A stretch of 64,000 bases of DNA, taken from NCBI RefSeq assembly GCF_041886205.1, contig NZ_CP169029.1; one strand, given 5' to 3'. Under the pieces are notes generated by a model that saw only the letters and a list, made by a program, of their open reading frames with translations, was not told where the DNA came from and did no database searches. Source of the stretch: Escherichia coli (GTDB lineage Bacteria > Pseudomonadota > Gammaproteobacteria > Enterobacterales > Enterobacteriaceae). The translations under genes were made by a program, and so were the position numbers. This document shows positions 35,514 through 47,155 of the stretch, in pieces (the first letter of the stretch is position 1; every line of letters starts with the position of its first letter).

Positions 35514-36275
35514 ATGTCGCTCGTTTGTTCTGTTATATTTATTCATCATGCCTTCAACGCTAACATTTTAGATAAAGATTACGCCTTCTCTGACGGCGAG
35601 ATCCTGATGGTAGATAACGCTGTTCGTACGCATTTTGAACCTTATGAGCGGCATTTCAAAGAAATCGGATTTAATGAAAACACCATTAAAAAATATCTAC
35701 AATGTACTAACATTCAGACAGTGACGATGCCTGTTCCTGCGAAGTTTTTACGTGCTTCAAATGTACCGACTGGATTGCTTAATGAAATGATTGCTTATCT
35801 CAACTCGGAAGAACGCAATCATCATAATTTTTCAGAACTTTTGCTTTTTTCTTGCCTGTCTATTTTTGCCGCATGCAAAGGTTTCATTACACTATTAACT
35901 AACGGTGTGCTATCCGTTTCCGGGAAAGTGAGAAATATTGTCAATATGAAGCTGGCGCACCCATGGAAACTGAAAGATATTTGTGACTGCCTGTACATCA
36001 GTGAAAGCCTGCTCAAGAAAAAACTAAAGCAAGAGCAAACGACATTCTCACAGATTCTATTAGATGCCAGAATGCAGCACGCAAAAAATTTGATACGCGT
36101 AGAAGGTTCAGTCAATAAAATTGCCGAACAATGTGGTTATGCCAGTACATCTTATTTTATTTATGCGTTCCGCAAACATTTCGGCAATAGTCCGAAGAGA
36201 GTTTCTAAGGAGTATCGTTGTCAAAGGCACACGGGTATGAACACGGGCAACACGATGAATGCTTTAGCTATTTGA
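35514..36275 (+). CDS. ydeO: YdeO, AraC-family acid-resistance regulator (253 aa)
   Basis: C-terminal AraC HTH (...YASTSYFIYAFRKHFGNSPKR...); position after safA. Confidence 0.9.
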   Translation: MSLVCSVIFIHHAFNANILDKDYAFSDGEILMVDNAVRTHFEPYERHFKEIGFNENTIKKYLQCTNIQTVTMPVPAKFLRASNVPTGLLNEMIAYLNSEERNHHNFSELLLFSCLSIFAACKGFITLLTNGVLSVSGKVRNIVNMKLAHPWKLKDICDCLYISESLLKKKLKQEQTTFSQILLDARMQHAKNLIRVEGSVNKIAEQCGYASTSYFIYAFRKHFGNSPKRVSKEYRCQRHTGMNTGNTMNALAI

Positions 36276-36676
36276 TTATTTGCTAACGAGTAGTCAACCA
36301 CACACGCTACGTAAGAATTAAATGGGGCAGCCATTCCCTGCCCCGCGTTGTTTTTAGGCGATATATTTATTGAAATAAATAAGTGACATTCATCACATAT
36401 TTATGCATTTGCATAACCTGTTGCATGATTATTTATGATCTCAATTCGGCATTTTGTCAGTAAAATACAATAATTTATTAAATATCAATAGATTAGTTGT
36501 TTATCGGCGAGAAATTACTTAGTAGAACAAAAAGTAATGTCAACGCTTTATGGACTGTTATTTCCCTTTTTTTAGCTAAATCTGCTATCTCTTTATGTGA
36601 CTAACTTCACTTACATCCACTTATTTCTCTTCGTAAAATTACTTTGGAATTAAGTACAATAAGAAGAGGAACATTT

Positions 36677-38359
36677 ATGAAGTCTGCATTAAAGAAAAGT
36701 GTCGTAAGTACCTCGATATCTTTGATACTGGCATCTGGTATGGCTGCATTTGCTGCTCATGCGGCAGATGATGTAAAGCTGAAAGCAACCAAAACAAACG
36801 TTGCTTTCTCAGACTTTACGCCGACTGAATACAGTACCAAAGGAAAGCCAAATATTATCGTACTAACCATGGATGATCTTGGTTATGGACAACTTCCTTT
36901 TGATAAGGGATCTTTTGACCCAAAAACAATGGAAAATCGTGAAGTTGTCGATACCTACAAAATAGGGATAGATAAAGCCATTGAAGCTGCACAAAAATCA
37001 ACGCCGACGCTCCTTTCATTAATGGATGAAGGCGTACGTTTTACTAACGGCTATGTGGCACACGGTGTTTCCGGCCCCTCCCGTGCCGCAATAATGACCG
37101 GTCGAGCTCCCGCCCGCTTTGGTGTCTATTCCAATACCGATGCTCAGGATGGTATTCCGCTAACAGAAACTTTCTTGCCTGAATTATTCCAGAATCATGG
37201 TTATTACACTGCAGCAGTAGGTAAATGGCACTTGTCAAAAATCAGTAATGTGCCGGTACCGGAAGATAAACAAACGCGTGACTATCATGACAACTTCACC
37301 ACATTTTCTGCGGAAGAATGGCAACCTCAAAACCGTGGCTTTGATTACTTTATGGGATTCCACGCTGCAGGAACGGCATATTACAACTCCCCTTCACTGT
37401 TCAAAAATCGTGAACGTGTCCCCGCAAAAGGTTATATCAGCGATCAGTTAACCGATGAGGCAATTGGCGTTGTTGATCGTGCCAAAACACTTGACCAGCC
37501 TTTTATGCTTTACCTGGCTTATAATGCTCCGCACCTGCCAAATGATAATCCTGCACCGGATCAATATCAGAAGCAATTTAATACCGGTAGTCAAACAGCA
37601 GATAACTACTACGCTTCCGTTTATTCTGTTGATCAGGGTGTAAAACGCATTCTCGAACAACTGAAGAAAAACGGACAGTATGACAATACAATTATTCTCT
37701 TTACCTCCGATAATGGTGCGGTTATCGATGGTCCTCTGCCGCTGAACGGGGCGCAAAAAGGCTATAAGAGTCAGACCTATCCTGGCGGTACTCACACCCC
37801 AATGTTTATGTGGTGGAAAGGAAAACTTCAACCCGGTAATTATGACAAGCTGATTTCCGCAATGGATTTCTACCCGACAGCTCTTGATGCAGCCGATATC
37901 AGCATTCCAAAAGACCTTAAGCTGGATGGCGTTTCCTTGCTGCCCTGGTTGCAAGATAAGAAACAAGGCGAGCCACATAAAAATCTGACCTGGATAACCT
38001 CTTATTCTCACTGGTTTGACGAGGAAAATATTCCATTCTGGGATAATTACCACAAATTTGTTCGCCATCAGTCAGACGATTACCCGCATAACCCCAACAC
38101 TGAGGACTTAAGCCAATTCTCTTATACGGTGAGAAATAACGATTATTCGCTTGTCTATACAGTAGAAAACAATCAGTTAGGTCTCTACAAACTGACGGAT
38201 CTACAGCAAAAAGATAACCTTGCCGCCGCCAATCCGCAGGTCGTTAAAGAGATGCAAGGCGTGGTAAGAGAGTTTATCGACAGCAGCCAGCCACCGCTTA
38301 GCGAGGTAAATCAGGAGAAGTTTAACAATATCAAGAAAGCACTAAGCGAAGCGAAATAA
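36677..38359 (+). CDS. ydeN: YdeN, putative periplasmic sulfatase (560 aa)
   Basis: Signal peptide; sulfatase-type region ...GYVAHGVSGPSRAAIMTGR with an SxPxR variant of the CxPxR sulfatase signature; start set at MKSALKK with RBS AGAGGA. Confidence 0.85.
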   Translation: MKSALKKSVVSTSISLILASGMAAFAAHAADDVKLKATKTNVAFSDFTPTEYSTKGKPNIIVLTMDDLGYGQLPFDKGSFDPKTMENREVVDTYKIGIDKAIEAAQKSTPTLLSLMDEGVRFTNGYVAHGVSGPSRAAIMTGRAPARFGVYSNTDAQDGIPLTETFLPELFQNHGYYTAAVGKWHLSKISNVPVPEDKQTRDYHDNFTTFSAEEWQPQNRGFDYFMGFHAAGTAYYNSPSLFKNRERVPAKGYISDQLTDEAIGVVDRAKTLDQPFMLYLAYNAPHLPNDNPAPDQYQKQFNTGSQTADNYYASVYSVDQGVKRILEQLKKNGQYDNTIILFTSDNGAVIDGPLPLNGAQKGYKSQTYPGGTHTPMFMWWKGKLQPGNYDKLISAMDFYPTALDAADISIPKDLKLDGVSLLPWLQDKKQGEPHKNLTWITSYSHWFDEENIPFWDNYHKFVRHQSDDYPHNPNTEDLSQFSYTVRNNDYSLVYTVENNQLGLYKLTDLQQKDNLAAANPQVVKEMQGVVREFIDSSQPPLSEVNQEKFNNIKKALSEAK

Positions 38360-38410
38360 CTAAACCTTCATGCGGCGGAATTTTCCGCCGCCTTATTGAG
38401 CGAGATAGCG

Positions 38411-39568
38411 ATGCACGTTACAGCCAAGCCCTCCAGTTTTCAATGTAATCTCAAATGTGATTACTGTTTTTACCTTGAAAAAGAGTCGCAGTTTACTCAT
38501 GAAAAATGGATGGATGACAGCACTCTGAAAGAGTTCATCAAACAATATATCGCAGCGTCTGGCAATCAGGTCTATTTTACCTGGCAAGGCGGTGAACCCA
38601 CTCTGGCTGGCCTGGATTTTTTCCGTAAAGTTATTCACTATCAACAACGCTATGCAGGCCAAAAACGTATTTTTAATGCATTACAAACGAATGGCATTTT
38701 ATTGAATAATGAATGGTGTGCCTTTCTCAAAGAACATGAATTTCTGGTTGGTATCTCGATCGATGGCCCCCAGGAGTTACATGACCGTTACAGACGCAGT
38801 AATTCAGGTAACGGTACTTTTGCAAAAGTGATAGCAGCCATCGAGCGTCTGAAATCATATCAAGTAGAGTTTAATACGTTAACCGTCATTAATAACGTTA
38901 ATGTCCATTACCCTCTTGAGGTTTATCATTTTTTAAAATCTATCGGCAGTAAACATATGCAATTTATCGAATTGCTAGAAACCGGGACGCCGAATATTGA
39001 TTTCAGTGGTCATAGTGAGAACACATTCCGTATCATTGATTTTTCTGTGCCTCCCACGGCTTATGGCAAGTTTATGTCAACCATTTTTATGCAATGGGTT
39101 AAAAACGATGTGGGTGAAATTTTCATTCGTCAGTTTGAAAGCTTTGTCAGCCGTTTTTTGGGGAATGGGCATACAAGTTGTATTTTCCAGGAGTCCTGCA
39201 AGGATAATCTGGTTGTTGAAAGTAATGGAAACATTTACGAATGCGACCATTTTGTCTATCCACAGTACAAAATTGGAAACATTAATAAATCTGAACTCAA
39301 AACGATGAACAGTGTACAACTGACAGCGCAAAAAAAACGGATTTCAGCGAAATGTCAGCAATGTGCATATAAACCTATCTGCAATGGCGGTTGTCCTAAG
39401 CATCGTATTACTAAAGTAAACAATGAGACTGTTTCTTATTTTTGCGAAGGTTATAAAATCCTTTTTTCAACCATGGTACCTTATATGAACGCCATGGTGG
39501 AGTTAGCTAAGAACAGAGTACCGCTTTACCACATTATGGATGTTGCAAAACAAATGGAGAATAATTAA
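38411..39568 (+). CDS. ydeM: YdeM, anaerobic sulfatase-maturating enzyme (radical SAM), 385 aa
   Basis: Radical-SAM Cys motif CNLKCDYC near the N-terminus and additional Cys clusters (SPASM-like); downstream of the sulfatase gene. Confidence 0.85.
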   Translation: MHVTAKPSSFQCNLKCDYCFYLEKESQFTHEKWMDDSTLKEFIKQYIAASGNQVYFTWQGGEPTLAGLDFFRKVIHYQQRYAGQKRIFNALQTNGILLNNEWCAFLKEHEFLVGISIDGPQELHDRYRRSNSGNGTFAKVIAAIERLKSYQVEFNTLTVINNVNVHYPLEVYHFLKSIGSKHMQFIELLETGTPNIDFSGHSENTFRIIDFSVPPTAYGKFMSTIFMQWVKNDVGEIFIRQFESFVSRFLGNGHTSCIFQESCKDNLVVESNGNIYECDHFVYPQYKIGNINKSELKTMNSVQLTAQKKRISAKCQQCAYKPICNGGCPKHRITKVNNETVSYFCEGYKILFSTMVPYMNAMVELAKNRVPLYHIMDVAKQMENN

Positions 39569-39621
39569 TAACGCTCTCTTTTAACTCCATTCTTAGCCTC
39601 CTTCTTATGACCTTAACAAGG

Positions 39622-39651
39622 CACCCGACATAAACTCCTGTCGGGTGTTTC
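39622..39651 (+). terminator. Putative rho-independent terminator after ydeM
   Basis: CACCCGACA ... TGTCGGGTG stem followed by TTTCG. Confidence 0.5.
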
Positions 39652-39858
39652 GTCATCATCATCTTCCCTTGCGAAAATCCTGGCTTACGTGGTATGTGTC
39701 AGGGCATTAGCAATACCCTTGATTATCAATAGCATAACCATAACTAATGAAAATGAAATATTTCTTTATATTTCATATTGTTAAGTGATACTTAAATAAA
39801 TTTCATCAGTAAATCATTGCCATAGATAATCATTGGATGGCACAATCAATTTTCGCTA

Positions 39859-41544
39859 ATGATAACCATTCCCATTACGTTTTATATGTTGATAGCAAAG
39901 TATCTCTGTCTGCTGAAGCCCTTTTGGCTGCGTAAGAATAATAAAACTTCAGTGTTGTTAATCATTATTATCCTCGCAATGATCCTTGGCGTGGTTAAAA
40001 TTCAGGTCTGGTTAAACGACTGGAATAATGATTTTTTCAATGCGCTAAGCCAGAAAGAAACCGATAAGCTTTGGCAGCTTGTTCTTTGGTTCCCTGCCCT
40101 GCTGGGGATCTTTGTATTAATATCCGTAAACAAAACATGGTTAATTAAACTACTGACTATTCGCTGGCGCGAATGGTTAACAGATTACTACCTTAATCGC
40201 TGGTTTACAGATAAAAACTACTACTTCACGCAGATCTACGGCGAGCATAAAAATACAGATAACCCTGACCAACGTATCGCTGAAGACATTCTCTTACTGA
40301 TCAGCAAAACGCTCAGTCTTTCATTTGGCTTCATCCAGTCACTTAGCATGCTGATCACCTTTACCGTTATTCTTTGGCAAAGCGCGGGTACGCTCTCATT
40401 CACTGTTGGTGGAACAGAATGGAATATCCAGGGGTATATGGTCTATACCGTCGTGCTCATTGTGATCGGTGGAACTTTATTTACCCATAAGGTGGGTAAA
40501 CGTATTCGTCCGCTTAATGTGGAAAAACAACGTAGCGAAGCGACATTTCGAACTAATCTTGTGCAGCATAATAAGCAGGCAGAACTGATTGCGCTAAGCA
40601 ATGCTGAGTCTCTACAACGCCAGGAGTTGCGCGACAATTTTCATACCATTAAAGAGAACTGGCATCGTTTAATGAATCGTCAGCGGTGGCTTGATTACTG
40701 GCAAAATATTTATTCGCGCTCGCTTAGCGTTCTTCCCTACTTTCTGTTATTGCCGCAGTTTATTAGCGGGCAGATCAATCTGGGCGGACTTATGAAATCG
40801 CGCCAGGCATTTATGCTGGTATCGAACAATTTAAGCTGGTTTATTTATAAATATGATGAACTTGCTGAACTGGCTGCGGTTATCGATCGCTTGTATGAGT
40901 TCCATCAACTCACCGAACAGCGCCCTACGAATAAGCCTAAAAATTGCCAACATGCGGTACAAGTGGCTGACGCGAGTATTCGTACTCCTGATAATAAGAT
41001 CATATTAGAGAACCTAAACTTTCATGTTTCGCCAGGCAAATGGCTATTACTGAAAGGTTACTCTGGTGCGGGAAAAACCACACTACTTAAAACATTATCC
41101 CACTGCTGGCCGTGGTTTAAAGGTGATATTTCTTCTCCTGCTGACAGTTGGTATGTGTCACAAACACCGTTAATCAAAAGCGGCTTACTGAAAGAGATAA
41201 TTTGTAAAGCATTTCCCCTACCCGTAGACGATAAATCGTTGAGCGAAGTACTGCATCAGGTTGGTCTGGGGAAATTGGCTGCGCGTATTCATGACCACGA
41301 TCGCTGGGGAGATATTCTTTCCAGCGGCGAAAAACAACGTATCGCGCTGGCACGATTAATTTTACGACGTCCGAAATGGATATTTCTTGACGAAACTACC
41401 TCTCATCTTGAGGAACAAGAGGCTATCCGCTTACTGCGTTTAGTGCGTGAAAAACTACCCTCAAGCGGCGTCATTATGGTTACACATCAACCCGGTGTCT
41501 GGAACCTGGCCGATGATATTTGTGACATTAGCGCGGTTTTATAA
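39859..41544 (+). CDS. yddA: YddA, ABC transporter with fused permease and ATPase (561 aa)
   Basis: N-terminal TM domain; C-terminal ABC ATPase with Walker A (GYSGAGKTT), signature (SSGEKQR) and Walker B (IFLDETT). Confidence 0.85.
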   Translation: MITIPITFYMLIAKYLCLLKPFWLRKNNKTSVLLIIIILAMILGVVKIQVWLNDWNNDFFNALSQKETDKLWQLVLWFPALLGIFVLISVNKTWLIKLLTIRWREWLTDYYLNRWFTDKNYYFTQIYGEHKNTDNPDQRIAEDILLLISKTLSLSFGFIQSLSMLITFTVILWQSAGTLSFTVGGTEWNIQGYMVYTVVLIVIGGTLFTHKVGKRIRPLNVEKQRSEATFRTNLVQHNKQAELIALSNAESLQRQELRDNFHTIKENWHRLMNRQRWLDYWQNIYSRSLSVLPYFLLLPQFISGQINLGGLMKSRQAFMLVSNNLSWFIYKYDELAELAAVIDRLYEFHQLTEQRPTNKPKNCQHAVQVADASIRTPDNKIILENLNFHVSPGKWLLLKGYSGAGKTTLLKTLSHCWPWFKGDISSPADSWYVSQTPLIKSGLLKEIICKAFPLPVDDKSLSEVLHQVGLGKLAARIHDHDRWGDILSSGEKQRIALARLILRRPKWIFLDETTSHLEEQEAIRLLRLVREKLPSSGVIMVTHQPGVWNLADDICDISAVL

Positions 41545-41581
41545 AAACAATAAAAGCCCTGCTGTACGGAGATATAAATAA

Positions 41582-43954
41582 ATGAAGCGAGTTCTTATTC
41601 CTGGCGTCATTTTATGTGGCGCTGATGTGGCGCAGGCCGTCGATGACAAAAACATGTACATGCATTTTTTTGAAGAGATGACGGTCTATGCTCCTGTCCC
41701 TGTACCCGTAAACGGCAACACGCATTACACCAGTGAAAGCATCGAGCGTTTACCGACCGGGAATGGCAATATCAGCGATCTGCTGAGAACCAACCCTGCG
41801 GTACGCATGGATTCAACGCAAAGTACCTCGTTGAACCAGGGAGATATTCGCCCGGAGAAAATCTCTATTCACGGTGCGTCGCCCTATCAGAATGCCTATT
41901 TGATTGACGGTATTAGTGCAACTAACAACCTGAATCCAGCGAATGAGTCCGATGCCAGTAGTGCAACCAATATTAGCGGGATGTCACAGGGGTATTATCT
42001 TGATGTCAGCTTACTGGACAATGTGACGCTTTATGACAGTTTTGTGCCGGTTGAATTTGGTCGCTTCAATGGCGGGGTAATTGATGCAAAGATCAAACGC
42101 TTCAATGCTGATGATAGCAGCGTGAAACTGGGTTATCGCACTACGCGTTCGGACTGGTTAACATCGCATATCGATGAGAATAACAAGAGCGCATTTAATC
42201 AAGGTTCTTCAGGAAGTACTTATTACTCTCCAGATTTTAAAAAGAACTTTTATACCTTGTCGTTTAATCAGGAACTGGCTGATAACTTTGGCGTTACCGC
42301 CGGTTTATCGCGCCGCCAGTCAGATATCACCCGCGCGGATTATGTTTCGAATGACGGCATTGTCGCCGGTCGGGCACAGTATAAAAACATTATCGATACC
42401 GCAGTGAGCAAATTTACCTGGTTTGCCAGCGACCGCTTTACCCACGATTTAACCTTAAAATATACCGGCTCCAGCCGTGATTATAATACCAGCACCTTCC
42501 CGGAGTCTGATCGCGAAATGGGTAATAAATCCTATGGTCTGGCATGGGATATGGATACACAGCTCGCATGGGCCAAACTGCGTACTACCGTTGGTTGGGA
42601 TCATATTAGTGATTATACCCGTCACGATCATGACATCTGGTACACCGAACTTTCATGTACATATGGTGATATTTCAGGGCGTTGCACCCGTGGTGGATTA
42701 GGACACATTTCCCAGGCTGTAGATAATTACACCTTCAAAACACGCCTGGACTGGCAAAAATTCGCCGTGGGTAATGTTTCGCATCAACCCTACTTCGGCG
42801 CGGAATACATCTATTCCGATGCGTGGACTGAACGCCATAACCAGTCTGAATCCTATGTGATTAATGCTGCCGGAAAGAAAACTAACCATACCATTTACCA
42901 TAAAGGTAAAGGCAGCCTGGGAATTGACAACTACACGCTGTATATGGCGGATCGCATTAGCTGGCGGAATGTGTCGTTAATGCCCGGTGTGCGGTATGAC
43001 TATGACAACTATCTGTCAAACCACAATATCTCCCCGCGCTTTATGACGGAATGGGATATTTTTGCTGATCAAACCTCAATGATTACCGCAGGTTATAACC
43101 GTTACTATGGCGGGAATATTCTTGATATGGGATTACGTGATATCCGCAATAGCTGGACGGAATCGGTATCAGGCAATAAAACCCTGACGCGTTATCAGGA
43201 TTTGAAAACGCCTTATAACGATGAACTGGCAATGGGATTGCAGCAGAAAATCGGTAAGAACGTTATTGCGCGCGCAAACTATGTTTACCGTGAAGCGCAT
43301 GATCAAATCAGCAAAAGCAGTCGTACCGACAGCGCTACTAAAACCACCATTACTGAATATAACAACGATGGCAAAACCAAAACGCATTCGTTCAACCTCA
43401 GTTTTGAGCTGGCCGAACCCCTGCATATCCGCCAGGTAGATATTAACCCACAAATTGTCTTTAGCTATATCAAGAGCAAGGGCAACTTGTCGTTAAACAA
43501 TGGTTATGAGGAGAGCAATACCGGTGATAACCAGGTGGTTTATAACGGTAATCTGGTCTCTTACGATAGCGTTCCAGTGGCAGATTTTAATAACCCATTA
43601 AAGATCTCCTTAAACATGGATTTCACGCATCAACCGAGCGGGTTGGTGTGGGCGAATACGCTGGCCTGGCAAGAAGCGCGTAAAGCTCGCATTATCCTTG
43701 GTAAGACGAATGCGCAATACATCAGCGAATATTCAGATTACAAGCAGTATGTTGACGAAAAACTGGATAGCAGCCTGACCTGGGACACCCGCTTGTCCTG
43801 GACGCCACAATTTCTGAAACAACAAAACCTGACGATCAGTGCCGATATTCTCAATGTACTGGATAGCAAAACCGCTGTTGATACAACGAATACCGGTGTG
43901 GCGACCTACGCCAGTGGCCGTACTTTCTGGCTTGATGTCAGCATGAAATTTTAA
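41582..43954 (+). CDS. yddB: YddB, TonB-dependent-receptor-like outer membrane protein (790 aa)
   Basis: Signal peptide, plug-like N-terminal region, long beta-barrel, C-terminal aromatic residue (...VSMKF). Confidence 0.85.
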   Translation: MKRVLIPGVILCGADVAQAVDDKNMYMHFFEEMTVYAPVPVPVNGNTHYTSESIERLPTGNGNISDLLRTNPAVRMDSTQSTSLNQGDIRPEKISIHGASPYQNAYLIDGISATNNLNPANESDASSATNISGMSQGYYLDVSLLDNVTLYDSFVPVEFGRFNGGVIDAKIKRFNADDSSVKLGYRTTRSDWLTSHIDENNKSAFNQGSSGSTYYSPDFKKNFYTLSFNQELADNFGVTAGLSRRQSDITRADYVSNDGIVAGRAQYKNIIDTAVSKFTWFASDRFTHDLTLKYTGSSRDYNTSTFPESDREMGNKSYGLAWDMDTQLAWAKLRTTVGWDHISDYTRHDHDIWYTELSCTYGDISGRCTRGGLGHISQAVDNYTFKTRLDWQKFAVGNVSHQPYFGAEYIYSDAWTERHNQSESYVINAAGKKTNHTIYHKGKGSLGIDNYTLYMADRISWRNVSLMPGVRYDYDNYLSNHNISPRFMTEWDIFADQTSMITAGYNRYYGGNILDMGLRDIRNSWTESVSGNKTLTRYQDLKTPYNDELAMGLQQKIGKNVIARANYVYREAHDQISKSSRTDSATKTTITEYNNDGKTKTHSFNLSFELAEPLHIRQVDINPQIVFSYIKSKGNLSLNNGYEESNTGDNQVVYNGNLVSYDSVPVADFNNPLKISLNMDFTHQPSGLVWANTLAWQEARKARIILGKTNAQYISEYSDYKQYVDEKLDSSLTWDTRLSWTPQFLKQQNLTISADILNVLDSKTAVDTTNTGVATYASGRTFWLDVSMKF

Positions 43955-43998
43955 TAGTTCGGATTTTACTTAACCGGGTAAATTCGCCCGGTTTTCGC

Positions 43999-46794
43999 AT
44001 GGAGATAATTATGAGAAACCTCTGTTTCTTACTGACGTTAGTGGCAACTCTGTTGCTCCCCGGGCGGCTGATTGCCGCCGCCTTACCGCAGGATGAAAAG
44101 TTAATTACCGGACAACTGGACAATGGCTTGCGATATATGATTTATCCGCATGCTCATCCAAAGGATCAGGTAAATTTATGGCTGCAAATTCATACCGGTT
44201 CATTGCAGGAAGAAGACAATGAGCGCGGCGTGGCTCATTTTGTAGAACATATGATGTTTAACGGCACAAAAACATGGCCGGGTAATAAAGTCATCGAAAC
44301 ATTTGAGTCAATGGGCCTGCGTTTTGGTCGCGATGTTAATGCCTATACCAGCTATGACGAAACGGTGTATCAGGTGAGTTTGCCGACTACGCAGAAACAA
44401 AATCTGCAACAAGTGATGGCAATCTTCAGTGAATGGAGTAATGCCGCAACCTTTGAAAAACTCGAAGTAGACGCTGAACGTGGCGTAATTACTGAGGAAT
44501 GGCGTGCCCATCAGGATGCGAAATGGCGCACCTCTCAGGCGCGCCGCCCTTTCCTGCTGGCTAATACCCGTAATTTAGAGCGTGAACCTATCGGCCTGAT
44601 GGATACTGTCGCCACGGTCACACCGGCACAATTGCGCCAATTTTATCAACGCTGGTATCAACCAAATAATATGACCTTTATCGTGGTCGGCGATATCGAC
44701 AGTAAAGAAGCGCTGGCGCTGATAAAGGATAATTTAAGTAAGCTTCCGGCTAACAAAGCAGCTGAAAATCGCGTCTGGCCGACAAAAGCCGAAAACCACC
44801 TGCGCTTTAATATCATTAATGATAAAGAAAACCGGGTGAACGGCATCGCACTCTATTATCGCCTGCCAATGGTACAAGTGAACGATGAGCAAAGCTTTAT
44901 CGAACAAGCAGAATGGAGCATGTTGGTTCAGCTGTTCAATCAACGTCTGCAGGAACGCATACAGTCGGGCGAGTTGAAGACTATTTCTGGCGGCACTGCG
45001 CGCAGCGTTAAAATTGCACCCGATTATCAGTCGCTGTTTTTCCGTGTAAATGCACGAGACGATAATATGCAGGATGCTGCGAATGCATTAATGGCAGAGT
45101 TGGCAACTATTGATCAGCATGGTTTTTCTGCTGAAGAACTCGATGATGTTAAATCTACCCGCCTCACCTGGCTGAAAAATGCGGTTGATCAGCAAGCTGA
45201 ACGTGATTTACGTATGCTGACCAGTCGCCTGGCATCCAGCTCATTAAATAATACGCCGTTCTTGTCGCCGGAAGAGACATATCAACTTTCGAAACGTCTG
45301 TGGCAGCAAATTACCGTGCAAAGTCTGGCGGAAAAATGGCAGCGGTTAAGAAAGAACCAGGACGCATTTTGGGAGCAAATGGTAAACAATGAGGTTGCTG
45401 CCAAAAGAGCATTGTCTCCTGCGGCTATCCTGGCGCTGGAAAAAGAGTACGCCAACAAAAAGCTGGCGGCTTACATCTTCCCTGGCAGAAATTTATCGTT
45501 AACAGTAGACGCTGACCCACAGGCGGAAATTAGCAGCAAAGAAACGCTGGCTGAGAATCTGACATCATTAACACTTTCTAATGGTGCCACGGTTATTCTG
45601 GCAAAATCCGCGGGTCAAGAGCAAAAGCTACAAATTATTGCCGTATCGAATAAAGGCGATTTAAGTTTCCCTGCGCAGCAAAAATCACTTATCGCGCTGG
45701 CAAATAAAGCAGTAAGCGGAAGCGGCGTTGGTGAACTCTCCTCTTCCAGCCTGAAACGCTGGAGTGCGGAAAACTCGGTAACCATGAGCAGTAAAGTCAG
45801 TGGCATGAATACGTTGCTCTCCGTTAGCGCGCGGACTAGTAACCCTGAACCTGGTTTCCAGTTAATTAACCAGCGAATCACCCACAGCACGATTAACGAC
45901 AATATTTGGGCATCGCTACAAAATGCTCAAATTCAGGCGTTGAAAACGCTCGACCAGCGTCCAGCGGAGAAATTCGCCCAGCAGATGTATGAGACGCGCT
46001 ATGCTGATGACCGCACGAAATTACTGCAAGAAAATCAGATTGCACAGTTTACTGCCGCAGATGCGCTGGCTGCCGATCGCCAGTTGTTTTCATCTCCAGC
46101 GGATATCACGTTTGTCATTGTCGGTAATGTCGCAGAAGACAAACTCGTGGCGTTAATTACGCGTTACTTAGGATCAATCAAACACTCTGATTCGCCATTA
46201 GCCGCAGGTAAACCATTAACTCGCGCGACGGACAACGCATCGGTTACTGTAAAAGAACAAAATGAACCTGTGGCACAGGTTTCACAGTGGAAGCGTTATG
46301 ATTCCCGGACACCTGTTAATCTGGCGACGCGTATGGCGCTCGATGCTTTTAACGTCGCACTGGCAAAAGATCTACGCGTTAATATTCGTGAACAGGCATC
46401 AGGAGCATACAGCGTTTCTTCTCGCCTCTCGGTTGATCCTCAGGCCAAAGATATCAGTCATTTGCTGGCTTTTACTTGTCAACCAGAACGACATGATGAA
46501 CTGTTAACGTTAGCGAATGAAGTGATGGTTAAGCGTCTGACTAAAGGGATCAGTGAGCAAGAACTGAACGAATACCAGCAAAACGTTCAGCGCAGCCTCG
46601 ATATCCAACAGCGTAGCGTTCAACAATTAGCGAACACTATTGTAAATAGTCTTATTCAATATGACGATCCTGCAGCATGGACTGAGCAGGAGCAATTGTT
46701 GAAACAAATGACGGTAGAGAATGTTAACACTGCCGTTAAACAATATCTTTCTCATCCGGTAAATACCTATACCGGAGTATTATTGCCAAAATAA
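43999..46794 (+). CDS. pqqL: PqqL, periplasmic M16-family zinc metallopeptidase (931 aa)
   Basis: Signal peptide; inverted zinc-binding motif HFVEHMMFNGT (HxxEH); two M16 lobes. Confidence 0.85.
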   Translation: MEIIMRNLCFLLTLVATLLLPGRLIAAALPQDEKLITGQLDNGLRYMIYPHAHPKDQVNLWLQIHTGSLQEEDNERGVAHFVEHMMFNGTKTWPGNKVIETFESMGLRFGRDVNAYTSYDETVYQVSLPTTQKQNLQQVMAIFSEWSNAATFEKLEVDAERGVITEEWRAHQDAKWRTSQARRPFLLANTRNLEREPIGLMDTVATVTPAQLRQFYQRWYQPNNMTFIVVGDIDSKEALALIKDNLSKLPANKAAENRVWPTKAENHLRFNIINDKENRVNGIALYYRLPMVQVNDEQSFIEQAEWSMLVQLFNQRLQERIQSGELKTISGGTARSVKIAPDYQSLFFRVNARDDNMQDAANALMAELATIDQHGFSAEELDDVKSTRLTWLKNAVDQQAERDLRMLTSRLASSSLNNTPFLSPEETYQLSKRLWQQITVQSLAEKWQRLRKNQDAFWEQMVNNEVAAKRALSPAAILALEKEYANKKLAAYIFPGRNLSLTVDADPQAEISSKETLAENLTSLTLSNGATVILAKSAGQEQKLQIIAVSNKGDLSFPAQQKSLIALANKAVSGSGVGELSSSSLKRWSAENSVTMSSKVSGMNTLLSVSARTSNPEPGFQLINQRITHSTINDNIWASLQNAQIQALKTLDQRPAEKFAQQMYETRYADDRTKLLQENQIAQFTAADALAADRQLFSSPADITFVIVGNVAEDKLVALITRYLGSIKHSDSPLAAGKPLTRATDNASVTVKEQNEPVAQVSQWKRYDSRTPVNLATRMALDAFNVALAKDLRVNIREQASGAYSVSSRLSVDPQAKDISHLLAFTCQPERHDELLTLANEVMVKRLTKGISEQELNEYQQNVQRSLDIQQRSVQQLANTIVNSLIQYDDPAAWTEQEQLLKQMTVENVNTAVKQYLSHPVNTYTGVLLPK

Positions 46795-46801
46795 TAACAG
46801 C

Positions 46802-46831
46802 CCCGTCAACACATCGTTGGCGGGGATTTTA
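46802..46831 (+). terminator. Putative rho-independent terminator after pqqL
   Basis: CCCCGTCAAC ... GTTGGCGGGG (one mismatch) followed by ATTTT. Confidence 0.5.
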
Positions 46832-47056
46832 GCAATATTCGCTATTTTTATGTAATAATTTTATAAATGCGTTCAAAATAATAACCAAGCACTAATAGTG
46901 ATATTTTAAGGGCTGATTTTTACGTGATAATTCAGGAGGCACAGAAAGCGCATAAAAATAACAACATAAAACACCTTGCCACCACCCAAGAATTCTCTAT
47001 TACATTGTTTTTTAATGAAAAAATATTATTCCAACAATATCTCACGATAAATAACA

Positions 47057-47076
47057 TTAGGATTTTGTTATTTAAA
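47057..47076 (+). promoter_or_regulatory. GAD box (GadE/GadX/GadW binding site) in the gadB promoter
   Basis: Exact 20-mer TTAGGATTTTGTTATTTAAA about 80 bp upstream of the gadB start codon. Confidence 0.7.
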
Positions 47077-47155
47077 CCCGAGTCCTTTGCACTTGCTTAC
47101 TTTATCGATAAATCCTACTTTTTTAATGCGATCCAATCATTTTAAGGAGTTTAAA

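Noticed and set aside
37448-38068. 206-aa minus-strand ORF within ydeN
   Set aside because: Antisense to a confident sulfatase gene; no independent support.
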